Position numbers and translations under genes: made by a program. A stretch of 64,000 bases of DNA from Vicugna vicugna (Eukaryota). Shown here piece after piece: positions 1-12,020 of the stretch. Below the pieces are notes generated by a model. The model worked only from the letters and a program-made list of their open reading frames with translations, did not search any database and had not been told where the DNA came from. Within the stretch, counting starts at the first letter, position 1. The number at the start of each line of letters is the position of its first letter. Where the stretch lies: positions 396,563 through 460,562 of the forward strand of contig MU057597.1 of assembly GCA_013265495.1 (NCBI GenBank), in the 5' to 3' direction.

Positions 1-98
1 ATGAAATGGAAACACATAGCAGTGACGGTGGAGTGGGAAACTGGATCCAGGTGCATAATGAGTTCTTTGGATGTGGATGATTGGTTGTGATATGTAGA

Positions 99-186
99 GG
101 GAGGGTATAGCTCAGTGGTAAAGCACGTGCTTAGCTTACAGGAGGTCCTGGGTTCAATTCCCAGTACCTCGAATTTAAAAAATAAA
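99..186 (+). mobile_element. tRNA-derived SINE (camelid Vic-1-like)
   Basis: GGAGGGTATAGCTCAGTGGTA (A box) ... GGGTTCAATTCCCAGTACCTC (B box), then an A-rich tail; absent from the paralogous gene 2 site (~28140). Confidence 0.85.
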
Positions 187-1229
187 GTTCTGATAGATAA
201 TTTGTAGTTTTAAAATGTAATACATTTTAAATTGTTTGCTTAAATTATACAGATGATGAGAATTACAAAACCGTCTATGAGGATTGTGCATTTTGTAATT
301 ATTCCTGAGACAGTAACTTTCATTTCCAGCTCCGATTCAGCCAGGCGGCAGTGACTTAACCCAGTCAGTCGTGGGTCACCCCTTTCCCTTTTCCTGACAC
401 GGGTTGGAGGACAGGGAAGAGGAGACACGGGGCAGGAAATGACGGTCTCTGTCACTGCATTAAAGGAACGTCGAAAGTCTGCCTTTTTCCCAACGGATTC
501 ACTTTTCTCTTTCTTTTTTTCTTTGTTGCATTTAATTCATTTTGTAGCTTGGAATAAATCTTGGTACATTTCATTTCTACTACTCTGTAAATAATTAGAA
601 ACTTCTGAAATAAGCTTTGGTGGCCTTGTATATTCAACTCATGCAATTCTTTTCTAAATGTGATATTTTCTCAATTTTTTAAACATCGACACCAGAATTT
701 TTGAAGAAAATTCACAGATTATTTGTTTTTTAGATGGGTTTTTAGGTCTCTTTGAGGTCTGCTTGCCCTCTCTTTGTCTTCTATATTGGAAAAGTTCTTC
801 AGTAACTTGTAAATAATTTTGGACTATTTTGATGAGCACTTGATAAAGATATCAATGATCTTTTATAATAACTGCCAAAACCTAGTTTAACTAGTTAGTC
901 TAATGTTCCATTTTCTTCCGTTTTGTGTGATCTATTAAGTTTGTGAGCTGGGAGGTGACATGAAGTTGTTCCCTCATGTCCCTCTTGACTGTCTCTAAAT
1001 GGTGGAGGATGAGCGGGATTGACTTGGAACCTTCTTCCAGCAGAGCCTGTCTGTTCACCATGAAACCGTTTGCTTGGAGCTTATTTCTAAGCTGACCCCT
1101 TATGGCGTTTTCCTCACCAATGGCTGTGTTTTTGCAAATCTGCATTTTAAAAATATTTTACTACGATCCTCAGGAAAAAGGAATGGCTATAGAAAACTTA
1201 CATCACCCATAAATCATGACATTATTATG

Positions 1230-1655
1230 ACAGGAAAAGAAACATATTTCATGTGGAAACTAGAAAATGTGAAATGCATAGAGCCTTATAGTATAAAGGC
1301 TGTCACAAGGGGTTGGGTGGTGGGGGAAACGGGGAGATAGATGTTGGTCAAAGGTTAGAACGTTCAGCTGTCAAATAAATAAGTACAACACCAACATCTA
1401 ATGCACAGGGTGCTGCTTTAGTTAAACAGACTGTATTTCTGTATACTTGGAATCTGCAGAGAGAGTAAAACTTAAGTGATGTCACCACACAGAAACAAAA
1501 TTGATTTGGGCGTTGATGGAAGTTTAAATTCCTTTATTGTGATAATTGGTACACAGTGTATACATCTGTCAAATAATCACATTGCCGGCCACGTTTGTAC
1601 ACCATTGTTATTTCTCATCTGTGCCACAATAAAGCTGGAAAAGAAAAAGAAAGGG
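1230..1655 (+). mobile_element. Old L1M 3' UTR fragment (paralogous copy at ~28400-28800)
   Basis: L1M 3'-end motifs (gatgttggtcaaagg, tacttggaatctgc, aataaagctgg + A-run); the same block lies upstream of the gene 2 ATG exon. Confidence 0.65.
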
Positions 1656-2044
1656 GGAGATCTGCTAGACTTCCTCTGGTGCTTAAGGCAGGCATCACAT
1701 TAGATTGATGAGGCATTTCTCACATGGATGTTTTATACCCTCAGACCAGGAATTCCCATTCATTCAGTCTGTGTGGGGTTCAACCTCATTAATATCTAAG
1801 GGGTCCCAGGTGATTCCAATCTTCATCCCTCACTGAGCATCCTGACTCTCAGTCCTCCCGTCCTGAGGGCTGAGATCCGGGCTGAGGGGGAGGGGGCTCT
1901 GCTCTGTGTGGGGATGGATCAGGGCCTGGGCTGTGACCTGAAGGGGGCTGTCGGGTCCAGCTGAGGCACCCGCTGCTGCATTGTGGGTGAGGGGCTCACC
2001 AGGAGGGGAGGGTGATCTAAAGGACTGTGTGGGGAAACTCCCTT

Positions 2045-2075
2045 TTTTTTATTGTATCAAATTCCAGTGTAGAGC
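2045..2075 (-). mobile_element. Ultra-short L1 3'-end insertion with 11-bp TSD
   Basis: TSD gaaactccctt at 2034-2044 and 2076-2086; 19-nt exact match to the young L1 3' end at 30613-30631; empty site in paralog at 29190-29200. Confidence 0.8.
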
Positions 2076-2267
2076 GAAACTCCCTTGTTGGTGTGTGTGT
2101 GGAGTTTCCTGTCCCGAGTCCCTTAAGTGACAGTGGGCAGCAGAGAGGACTGTGTTCCATGTGGTGAGGTCTCCTCTGTGTGTGTGGTTGTGGCACACGG
2201 AGGGCTGTGTTGATTCTCAGCATTAAAGGACATCTTTCCACTTTTCAGGATTGACTTCTAAAGACTC

Positions 2268-2339
2268 ATGTTCCCTGAGGAAGAAGCCCAGGAGAAGACG
2301 GAGAGGACAGAAAAGGACTCGAGAATGGCCCCTTCTCAG
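2268..2339 (+). CDS. KRAB-ZFP gene 1, first coding exon (MFPEEEAQEKTERTEKDSRMAPSQ); exon starts at 2249
   Basis: Acceptor cttttcag|G at 2247-2249; in-frame ATGs at 2268 and 2325; phase-0 donor CAG|gtaaag at 2340; resembles the M..EE...MALSQ/MALPQ leader exon of this KZFP group. Confidence 0.85.
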
Positions 2340-2799
2340 GTAAAGTCGTACTCTCACTGGAACTTGTGAAGTGGCTCCCTGGGCGGCGTCCTGGGCGGGC
2401 TTCACCCCCGTGGATTGGAGACGCGGAGTCAGTGCTGTTGGGCAGCAGGGAGGGTTTAGGGGCCCATCTGGGTGCGCTGTCTTCTCTCGTAAACCAGAGA
2501 AAGAAGCTGCACGGGGAAGTCAGGTAATGATGTGCACAGTACCTGGTCAAATCTGGATAACAGATCAATAGAGGGAATTTGTTCTGACTTTTTCTGAGAG
2601 AATTGAAGCTAAATGAGTGAGTCACTGACTTTAAATCTTAGTGATTGAGAATGAAATGGAAAGGTCAGAAACTGACATCAGTGATAGAGGGTGTTTTATT
2701 GCATCCTTGAATGTAAACCATGAAATCAACCTCAGTCTCTGATAGTTGGAAAATCTTTACTTCACTCATCACCTCCATTCCTCAGAGGCTGTCCTTTCA

Positions 2800-4320
2800 C
2801 TCTGTGCGTTGTATCCTTTGACACACAGAAGTTTTTACCTTTGATACAGGTAAGAAGGTTCCAGCTCCATTCTTTTGCTGGTAGATACCTAGTTTCTCAG
2901 CACCATTTGTTTTTGACTCTGTCCTTTCCCCTTTGTGTTGTCTGGGCTCCCTTGTCAATACATTCTTTGTATATTCCAAGGATTATTTCTGAGTTTTCTA
3001 ATCTGTTCCACTGGGTGATTTATGTGTTTATGCTAGTACCACATTGCCCTGATTACGTTATAATATGTTTTGAAATCTACTAACGATGGCCTCCATCTTT
3101 TTCAAGAGTATTTTAGCTATTTGGGGTCTCTTGAAATTCCCTGTGAATTTTAGCATGATTTTTTTCTATTATTCCAAAAATCACCATTGTAATTTTGATA
3201 GAGATTCCATTAAATCTGTAGAACACTTTGGGTAATGTGGTCATTACAGGAATATTAAGTGTTCTAATGCATGAGTACAGAGTGTCTTTTCTTTTTATCT
3301 GTGTCTCCATGGAAATCTTTTAGAACATTTTGTAGTTTTCAGTGTACACGTCTTTTATGTCCTTGACTAATTTTTTCCTAAGTGTTCTGTCCCTTTTGGT
3401 GCCGTAGTAAATAGGATTGTTCTCTAATTTTCTGCTGACATTGTCCATTGTGTATAGAAATGCAGCTGATTTTTGCCTGCTGGTTTTTTGTGCTGCAACT
3501 TTTGTAAAGTTGTTTTCTGAAGTAGTAGTTTTCTCCCGAAATCTTTTTGGTTTGTACATATTAGACCTTGTCTCCCATGAAAAAAGAAAATTGTACTTCT
3601 TTTTTTCAATTTGGATAACTTTGGTTTCTTATTCTTATCTTGTGGCTCTGGCGAGGCCTTTCAGTACTTTCTTGAACAGTAGAGCAGAGTGTGTGTGTTT
3701 TCCCTTTTGTGTTGTAAGCATTTCGCAGTGTAGACTTTCCTTTTGGTACATTGACGGCATGTCATGCATTTTGGTATGTTGTGTTTTTGTTTTCATTGAG
3801 CCACTTTTACAGTTTCCTTGTGACATCTCCCTTGATCCATTGCTTCTTTAAGAAGGAGCTGTTGAATTTCCACATTTTTGGGGATCTTCTGGTTTACCTT
3901 CTGCTTTTTATTTCTTGTTTCATTTCATAGTGATTAGAGAAGATACTTTCCATGATCTCAATCTTCTTAAATTTTGTAAGATGTGTTTTGTGGCCTAAGA
4001 CGTGGTCTGTCTTGGAGAATGGTTCCCTTGTGCTTGAGAAGGATGTGTTTCCTCCTGTCGTTGGGTGGAGCGTTTTGTACACGTGTGTTAGGCATAGCTG
4101 GTCTGCAGTGGTGTTCAAGTCCTCTGTTTCCTTGTTGATCTTCTTTTTGTTTCCATATGTATGTGAAACTAGGGTATGGGAGCTTCACCGTGTATTTTGT
4201 CTCTTGTGTTACTTTTTGTCCTTAGTTTATTTTGTCTGATGTAATGTAGTCACCGCTGCTCTCTTCAGAGTGGACTATCTTTTTTTCATTCTTTCACTTT
4301 CGCCTTTCCCTGTCCTTAGA
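2800..4320 (-). mobile_element. Decayed L1 ORF2 fragments (antisense, intron)
   Basis: Minus-strand peptides resemble L1 ORF2 (TFSKTDHVLGHKTHLTKFKKIEI, LPKVFYRFNGISIKI); the left part is shared with 32200-33097. Confidence 0.8.
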
Positions 4321-5082
4321 TTTGTAATTGCTAGCAGTTTCAACTCTCTGTTACTTTCTCTTTTGGTCCCTGCTCAGGCATGGTGTGAATGGCAGGAGCC
4401 CTGGCCAGCCCTCAGTGTCCTTGTGATTGTGACGTTTGGTGAAATGTTCTTGCTTAATTGCAATTTTTTTCTGTATCCTTTTTTGTCATGGTTTTTAATT
4501 TTTGAAGAAGTTTTTAACTTTATGACTGTGATGATTTTTTTCTTAATCTCTGGAAATTATGTATAATACTAATAACTTCTATAACTTTGAATAATTATTA
4601 TTATTAGAAAAAACAAAAAAAACCTGTATGGGTTTTGTTAAAGCCTATCTATGTAAGTTTAAATGGAAAACATTGTATTTATATGTTTGGCTATGGTATT
4701 CTATAGAGATCGGAGTTAAAGTAATTTATTTTTTCCATGTTAGTACCGTTTAGTACAGTTGATACTTTTTCATTGTCTCAAAGATGCTGAAATCCATGAA
4801 TAAAAGTGACGATGAAAAAAATCATGCAGAAATATGTCCTAAGACAACTCTCATTTCAGTAAATGGTGTGTTTACCTGTGTGCCCATGAGTTCATGGATG
4901 TGCAAATCCATGGTTTTGATAAAAGACATCATCATTTCATAATTTTCATTGTGGAAGCGAAAATTATATCTTAAATATATTCCCTGGCTTTGAGTTTTTT
5001 CTACACTATCCTGTTACTGGTTTAAATAGTAAGATTACTGATGTTTTATGTACATTCGTGTGTATGCCTGTATGTATAATGT

Positions 5083-5206
5083 CCTTTGTTTGTTTGTTTT
5101 GTTTGTTTTGTTTGGTGGGGAGGTAATTAGGTTTATTTTTTATTTAAATGGATTGAACCCAGTGCATACCAGACAGGCACTCTACCATTGAGCTATGCCC
5201 TCCCCC
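5083..5206 (-). mobile_element. tRNA-derived SINE (Vic-1-like, internally deleted)
   Basis: Reverse complement reads GGGGGAGGGCATAGCTCAATGGTAGAGTGCC...GGGTTCAATCC...cctaattacctcccc followed by an AAAC-type tail. Confidence 0.8.
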
Positions 5207-5439
5207 ATAGTGTATTTTTATTCCCTTCCGTGCTCATCTTGAACTTCTTTCAAGTTTTCTCAGGAAACCCTGTGTCAATGTAGTGTTTTTTTCATGTTTT
5301 CTTTTTAAGGGGGGAGGTAGTTAGGTCTATTTAATTATTTACCAGGACCTTGTACATGCTGGGTTTTGTTTTTTTTTTAAGTTTTCAATGCACTTTTAAT
5401 GCTCTTTCTGTTACTAAATTTTTCTTTTTTTTAGCTTCA

Positions 5440-5680
5440 AATTCCAGAGCCCAGCCACCTTGGTGCAGGTTCTTGCTGTGTCATTTCTTAGCTTCTTGAG
5501 CTGAGCTGAGTTTCTCAGCATCTCTGCCAGTTTTCTCCTCTGTGAGATGAGAACAGGTCTTTCTAATGAGCTGCTATGTGGATAACAAGTCCACGCCTGT
5601 AAAGCATTTAGAGTGACGCTTAGCACGTAGGAAGGATTCCGACACCTTTAGTCCTTGCTGTTGTCATCATCATCGTAAGT
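5440..5680 (+). mobile_element. MIR SINE remnant
   Basis: MIR-like core (cagttttctcctctgtgagatg ... tgtaaagcatttagagtgacgcttagcacgtagg). Confidence 0.55.
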
Positions 5681-6058
5681 TAAGATGCTCACTGTTCATT
5701 AAAACCACTGTGGACTCTGTCATCTTTGAAGACACGGCTCAGACTATAGCTCATCTCAATATCGAATATCACTCAATGTGTAAAACAATATGTGACACAT
5801 CTTCCTGGACAACCCGTTGTTGAGTTTTATTTGTATGTATTTCCTGTACTGTCCACAAAAATGAAAAATCCTCATGATTGTAGGATATAAAAATTTTATG
5901 AAAAAGCATGAGGAATCAAAAATAGAGACCAGTAATTTGCTCCATATACCTCTCCACGGATCTGTCAGAGTACACGCTTCAGCTGAACTGATCCTCACCC
6001 CTCTCTCCTCTTCTTATATTTTGTGAAAATCAGGACCTTCCTCATGACCCCTTGGTGA

Positions 6059-6292
<234 letters not shown>

Positions 6293-6866
6293 TGACTGAT
6301 CGGAAAGGCCCAATGATTCAAGTATGAAAAGCTTCACAGTCTGGCATGAGGAGTTTAACTGCATTTTCCTCTGATGATCTGCTGACTTAGGGGTTGTTTC
6401 AAAACTGGGAGGTGAGCTGCATTTCTGCATATTATACTCTTCTCTGTGTATTCAGAAGGAGGCAAGTAGTGGGTGAATTTTTAGTTTAATTTTCTAGACC
6501 CATCAGTCTTCAGTCCTTAAGTGATCAGAGAAGTAGGAATCTGGAAGAGCTATAGCAAATGCATTTCTCTATTCTTACGTGGATGAATTTGTTTCTCATC
6601 TGAATATGTTACCTGCTTTGTAGCGAGAAAAATCATGCTGTGGCCATGGAGAGTGATGTGAATGCCTCTGGGGGCGTATCAATGTGTGAGCACAGGTTAA
6701 ATCTCAGAAGGGCAGAGGAAAAAGCCTCATTATTAGTAGTGTTTGGCGAATTCTCTCTTCGTTGGTGAGTTCTATGGGAATACAGATATTTATTTATTAT
6801 TTGAACTCTCAGAGGAAATCTGTCTTCTCCATAACTTACCACTCTGTCCTTCAACATGTAAAATGT

Positions 6867-7712
6867 AAGAACCCCACTCCTGGGCATACACCCGTGAAAA
6901 GTATAATTCAAAAAGACACCTGCACCCCAGTGTTCACAGCAGCACTGTTTACAACAGCCAAGGCATGGAAACAACCAAACATCCATCAACAGATGACTGG
7001 GTAAAGAAGATGTGGTACATAGATACAATGGAACACTACTCAGCTGTAAAAAAGAATAAAATAATGCCATTTGCAGCAGTATGGATGGACCTGAAAGTTG
7101 CCATTCTAAGTGAAGTGGGCCGGAAAGGGAAAGAAAATGCCATATGACATCATTTATATGAGGAATCTAAAAAATAATAACAGTAATAATAACTCCACAA
7201 ATGGACTAATTACTATGCTGATCTCTTGAATATGTGTAAGCACATCTGACTGTCCTTTGTGGTTGGATTACCATATTCTGTTGATTCTTATTTTGTGGTT
7301 GGCTTTATTCCCTTGATAACTATGTAAGTTTAAAAAGCTAAAGCTCTAAACTGTTCTTAAACAATGAATAGTATATATATGTAAATTAAAACAAAAAAAA
7401 GAAATACCCAGAATAGATAAATCCAAAGAGAGAGAATGCATATTGGTGGTTACCAGGGGCTGGGAGGAGTGTGCCAACAGAGGGAAAGTGTAAGAGGTTA
7501 ATGTGTAAGAGGTTTTATTTTGGGTGATGGAAAGGTTTTGGAACTAGATAAAAATGGTGTTAGCACAACATTGTGAATGTACTGAATGCCACTGAATTGT
7601 TAATTTTAAAATGGTTAATTTCTAGATTGTGAATTTCTCCTCAGTAAATTATTTAAATAAATAATGAAATGCTAAAGAAAAAACAATAATAAAGATAATA
7701 AAAAGAAAAAAA
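6867..7712 (+). mobile_element. Composite L1 insertion (ORF2 3' end + ~180-bp A-tailed unit + older L1M 3' UTR + A-rich tail)
   Basis: ORF2 C-terminal peptide (MPFAAVWMDL..ILSEV); A-tails near 7388-7400 and 7675-7712; catgtaaaat repeated at 6855 and 7714. Confidence 0.7.
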
Positions 7713-9049
7713 TCATGTAAAATATGCTTTCACTCTCCAGTTGTCCTGCAGCTCCTCCAGAGACAAATAGAAGGTCTTTATCCTGAGCTCCAACATTTGC
7801 CATCTGGCTCTTGTGAACTTGTTATTGCTTGACTTTGAGGAGCATGAGAAGGGCTGTTTTATCAGGGTCTCTGGCCTCCACATCTCCATCTAGACTTGGT
7901 TCCATTGGATGCCCAGTTCTCAGTCCATATAGATCAGAGCTGATGCCCCCGACTCCATTCTCTGGACCGTTCCCGGTTCCAGCCCCATTGGATGCTTTTA
8001 GGAGACCTAATCGGAAGATGTGAAAACACTGGAAGCCCTCTGATTGCATCTGGCACCTCCAATTCTGCCCGGAGCTACTTCGAGCCCTGCCTACCTGTTT
8101 GCATCCCTTGGACATTTCTTGCGTTCTCCTTTTCCCACATACTGCAGGGGTGTGTGTGTGTAACAGCCAGGTTGCCTGGATCTTCTGTGATTGTTACTTA
8201 GGATGTGTATAAGGACAGTGGGCAGAGATCCCCTTTTTCACCCCCTGTCCCCTGTCCCTGAAGGAGCATGTGCATCCTTCAGGCTTTAGTTTGTCATCTG
8301 TAGTTAGTGCATGGCTCCCTCTCAAGGTCCTATACTCTCTGACCCACGTGTTGTATATTTTTTTTCAGTCTACACTGCTCTACCTGGACGGGGAATGTCT
8401 ACTCTTCCCAATTTCATATCCTCCTAAGTTTGCATGATTTTGCCTCTGAAACTTGCTTTTGAAATACATCATCCTAAGGCTTGAAATTGTATCCATTTTC
8501 TTTGCTGTGATAATCCAACGTTGTGGACTCTCTATGGGGTGGGTTTACTGTGTAACAGATCATTTTGATGGAGAGTCCTTTCCCTCACGTGTTGTGATAG
8601 TTTCCTGCATCGTACAGCATCACCACTAGAAGGTACTTAGTGGGTTGGCCTGCACGTTCTAGGATACAAGACAGATGGTATCACAAGAGACTGACTGATA
8701 AGCGTTTTCCAGTTCTTTGTTTTGTTTTTGAGGACTGTCACACATGCATGTCTCAAGGGTACTGCGACGGTATTTTCTCATATACTGATGATCATCCCCT
8801 TTCAGCCTCAGTGAACAGTACAGAAATTTCCCCTAGGGGTAGCATTTTCCATGTTCACATCCTCATATTTGTGAGCCTGTTGAGTAAACTGTTGTTGTTG
8901 CCATACTTTTTATCACCTGTGTGTTTGCCGTTGTTCCTTCTACCTCCACACGTACTTCTGAAGCACCTTGATGAGAGAGCTTATGAAGTGGACTGATAAC
9001 CTCGAATGATGAACCATCATTTGTTTTGTTTTAATAAACTGTCCTGCTG

Positions 9050-10820
9050 CCACTGAGTGATCTTGACCCCCTTGTGGAACCTCATTTGACCACGTATGCA
9101 AGAGTTTAGTTCTGACCTCTCTGCTCAGTGCCTCTGGTCTGGCTGTCTTTATGCCAGTGCTACACGGCTTTGATTAGTTTAGCTTTGTAATAATTTTGAG
9201 ATAGTTGTGAAGCCTCCAGTTTTGTTCTTTTCAACCTTGTGTTTGCTGTTGAGGGTCTTTTGAGATTGTGTATGAATCTTAGAATGGATTTATCTATTTC
9301 TTCGCGAAACAGTACTGGGGTTTTACTTGGGGTTAGGTTGACAGTTGGCTGCTTTGGGTAGCGCTGATGTCTTGAAAATACTGACTTCAACCCATGAACG
9401 TGGGATATATTTGCATTAGTTTGTGTGTTTTCTCATTTTTTGCCTGCTCTGTTTCTAGTTTACAGTGTAAAAACCTTGTACAGTATACAAATAAGGGAAG
9501 CTTATTCCAGGAATTTTATTTATTTATTGTTGGTGGTAATGTAAATGGAATTGTTTTCTGAATTACCTTTTTGATTGTTCATCATTAATGTGTAGAAACA
9601 TAATTGAATTTTGCTTGTTGATTTTATATCTTGTGATTTTTCTGAGTTCTTTCCTTATTTCCAGCAGGATTTTCTGCAGAACCTTCAGAGTTTTTTTTAC
9701 AGATTAGATCATCTCATTTGTCAGCACACGTAATATTGCTTCTTTTTTCTGTTTGTATACATTTTACCTCTTTCTCTTTGCAGGTATTCTTGCTAGGACT
9801 TCCAGTAACATGTTTTTAGAAATTGTGAAAGCAAGTGTCTTTGTCTTATTTCCCATCTTAGAGGAAAACCTTTCATTCTTTCACCAGAGTCTGATGAGAG
9901 CTGTGGGCTATTAATATATGCTCTGTATTAGGCTGAGGCAGCTTTTTTCTATTTCTAGTTTATTGAGTATTTTTATTGTGAAAGCTGGCTGACTTTTGTC
10001 AGGTGCTTTTTATACATCCATTGAGAGGATCATGTAGATTTTTTCTTTCATTCCGTTAATGTGCTATTTTACCTTGGAAGATTTTCATGTCTTGAGCCGT
10101 CACTGTATTTCAAAAATAAAGCCCCATTAGTCATGATATATAATCCTTTTAATGTTGTGTTCATTTCAGTTTACTATTATTTTATTGATCATCTTTGCAT
10201 CACTATTCATTAGAGATTTTAGTCTCTGGTTTCTGTTTGGTGTCTTTGTCTGGCTTTGGTATTAGGGTAATTCTGACTTCAGAGAAGGAGTTTGGAACTT
10301 TTCTTCTCTTTTGAGGGGGAGAGTTTAAAGAAGGTTGGTCTTGATTGTTTTTAAATGGGTAGAATTCTGCAATGAAGCTCTCTGGCTTTCCTATGTTGAA
10401 TGATGTTTGATTAGTGATTATGACTTCTTACAAGCTGTATGTTTGTTTAGATTTTTGATTTTGTCATTATTCTGTCTTGCTAGGTTGTGTTTCTGTAAGA
10501 AGTCATCCATTTCTTCTAGTTTATCCGATATATAGACATAGAATTATGTTAGTATTTTCTTCTAGGGTTTTTTCCTTTTTTTGTTTTGTTTTGGATTTGT
10601 ATATAAGCAGTTGCAAGCTGTTGTAATGTCCAATCTTTCTAGTTTGAGTAATTTGGGTCTTCTCTCTTCATTATTTATTGTAGGTAAATGTTTGTCAATT
10701 TTGTTATTTTTATCAAAGAACTAACTTGTAGTGTCATGATTTTCTGTAGTTTTTATTCTATATTTCATTTATCTCTAATTCTTTTTCCTAGTTTCTGCTC
10801 GCTTAGGCATATGTTGTTTT
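9050..10820 (-). mobile_element. Old L1 ORF2 fragment (antisense)
   Basis: Degenerate L1 RT-region sequence on the minus strand (YYKA..IKAV; tgtctggctttggtattagggtaa). Confidence 0.75.
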
Positions 10821-10879
10821 TCTAAGACTTTCCCTGTTTTTAAACATATGGGATCTATTTCATGTATTTATTTGTACTT

Positions 10880-12020
10880 TTGCTTTTTTCTACTTTTTTG
10901 ATATTTAATTAACATGTATGACATAGTGTAAATTTAAAGTATATGGTGTGATGACTTGATATACACTGATACTGTGAAATGATTACCTCAGTAGGTTTCT
11001 TAACACCTTCTTACATTCACTTAATTACAGTATTTTTTGTTTGGTGAGAACATTTAAGGTCTATTTTCTTACCAACTTTCAATTAGACACCACAGTTTTG
11101 GTAACTATAATCACCACAGTGTACGTTTGATTTCCAGAATTGCTACCACTTACAACTGGAAATGTATTCTTTGGGCTGATAACCTCCCCAGTCTACCAAA
11201 CCCCGTCATCCACTCTGTTTATATTACTTTGGCTCTTTTTTTTTTTTTATAGTGTATTCTACATGTAAGTGAGGTCTTTCAGTATTCTTTCTCTCTGACT
11301 TAATTTACTGAGCAAACGTTTTCAGTGTTGCAAATACTGGGTTTCCTCCTTTTTCATGACTAATAACTTGTGTGTTTATCTACCAGATACGTTTTGCCCA
11401 TTGCTCTACTGTTTTTGTCATGCCGTGGCTGCTGTCAGTGCTCCTGTGATGGAAGTAGGAGTGGAGGTGTCTTCTAATGACAATGATCCATATAGGAATT
11501 GGTACATTATTTTTTTTTTAGTGTTCTTTTTTAAATTGAGGTGTAATTGATTTACAGTGTTGTGTTATTTTCAGGTATAAAGCGAAGTGATTCAGCTACA
11601 CATATATATTCTTGTGTTTATTATGTTTTTATTCATTTATTATATATTATATGCTAATATGTATATATGCTTTTTCACATTCATTTCCATTAAGGTTATT
11701 GCAAGATACTGAATATACTTCCCTGTGCTGTACAGTAGGACCTTGTTGTTTATCTATTTTATTTACAGTTGTGTGTATCTGTTAATCCCAAACTCCTAAT
11801 TTATCCCCCCACCCCTGCATTATATGATTAGAAAAATGTACTTTGAGGAGACTTACACTGTTTTCCATAATAGCAGCACCAAGTTACAGGCACAGAAGCA
11901 GGTACTAGAGTTCCACTTCTTCCCCGTTCTCAACGCCACTTGTCCTCTCTGGTCTTTTTGATGGCAGGTATTCTCACGGGCTTGAGAAGGTGTCTCGTTG
12001 CTTTGATTTGCACTTCCTCC
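10880..12020 (-). mobile_element. Nested L1 3'-end fragments (antisense)
   Basis: T-rich L1 3' UTR blocks (10880-11470; younger piece 11510-11820) and a cactgttttccataatagcagcacc ORF2-end motif. Confidence 0.65.

Noticed and set aside
99..170. tRNA gene
   Set aside because: It has A/B boxes but also an A-rich tail and several degenerate copies in the window, one with a clear TSD; these are tRNA-derived SINEs.
250..1190. Three consecutive minus-strand ORFs suggesting a processed pseudogene
   Set aside because: No recognisable protein. The A-rich minus strand could be decayed L1 5'/ORF1 sequence, but I cannot support a call. The segment is absent from the gene 2 paralog.
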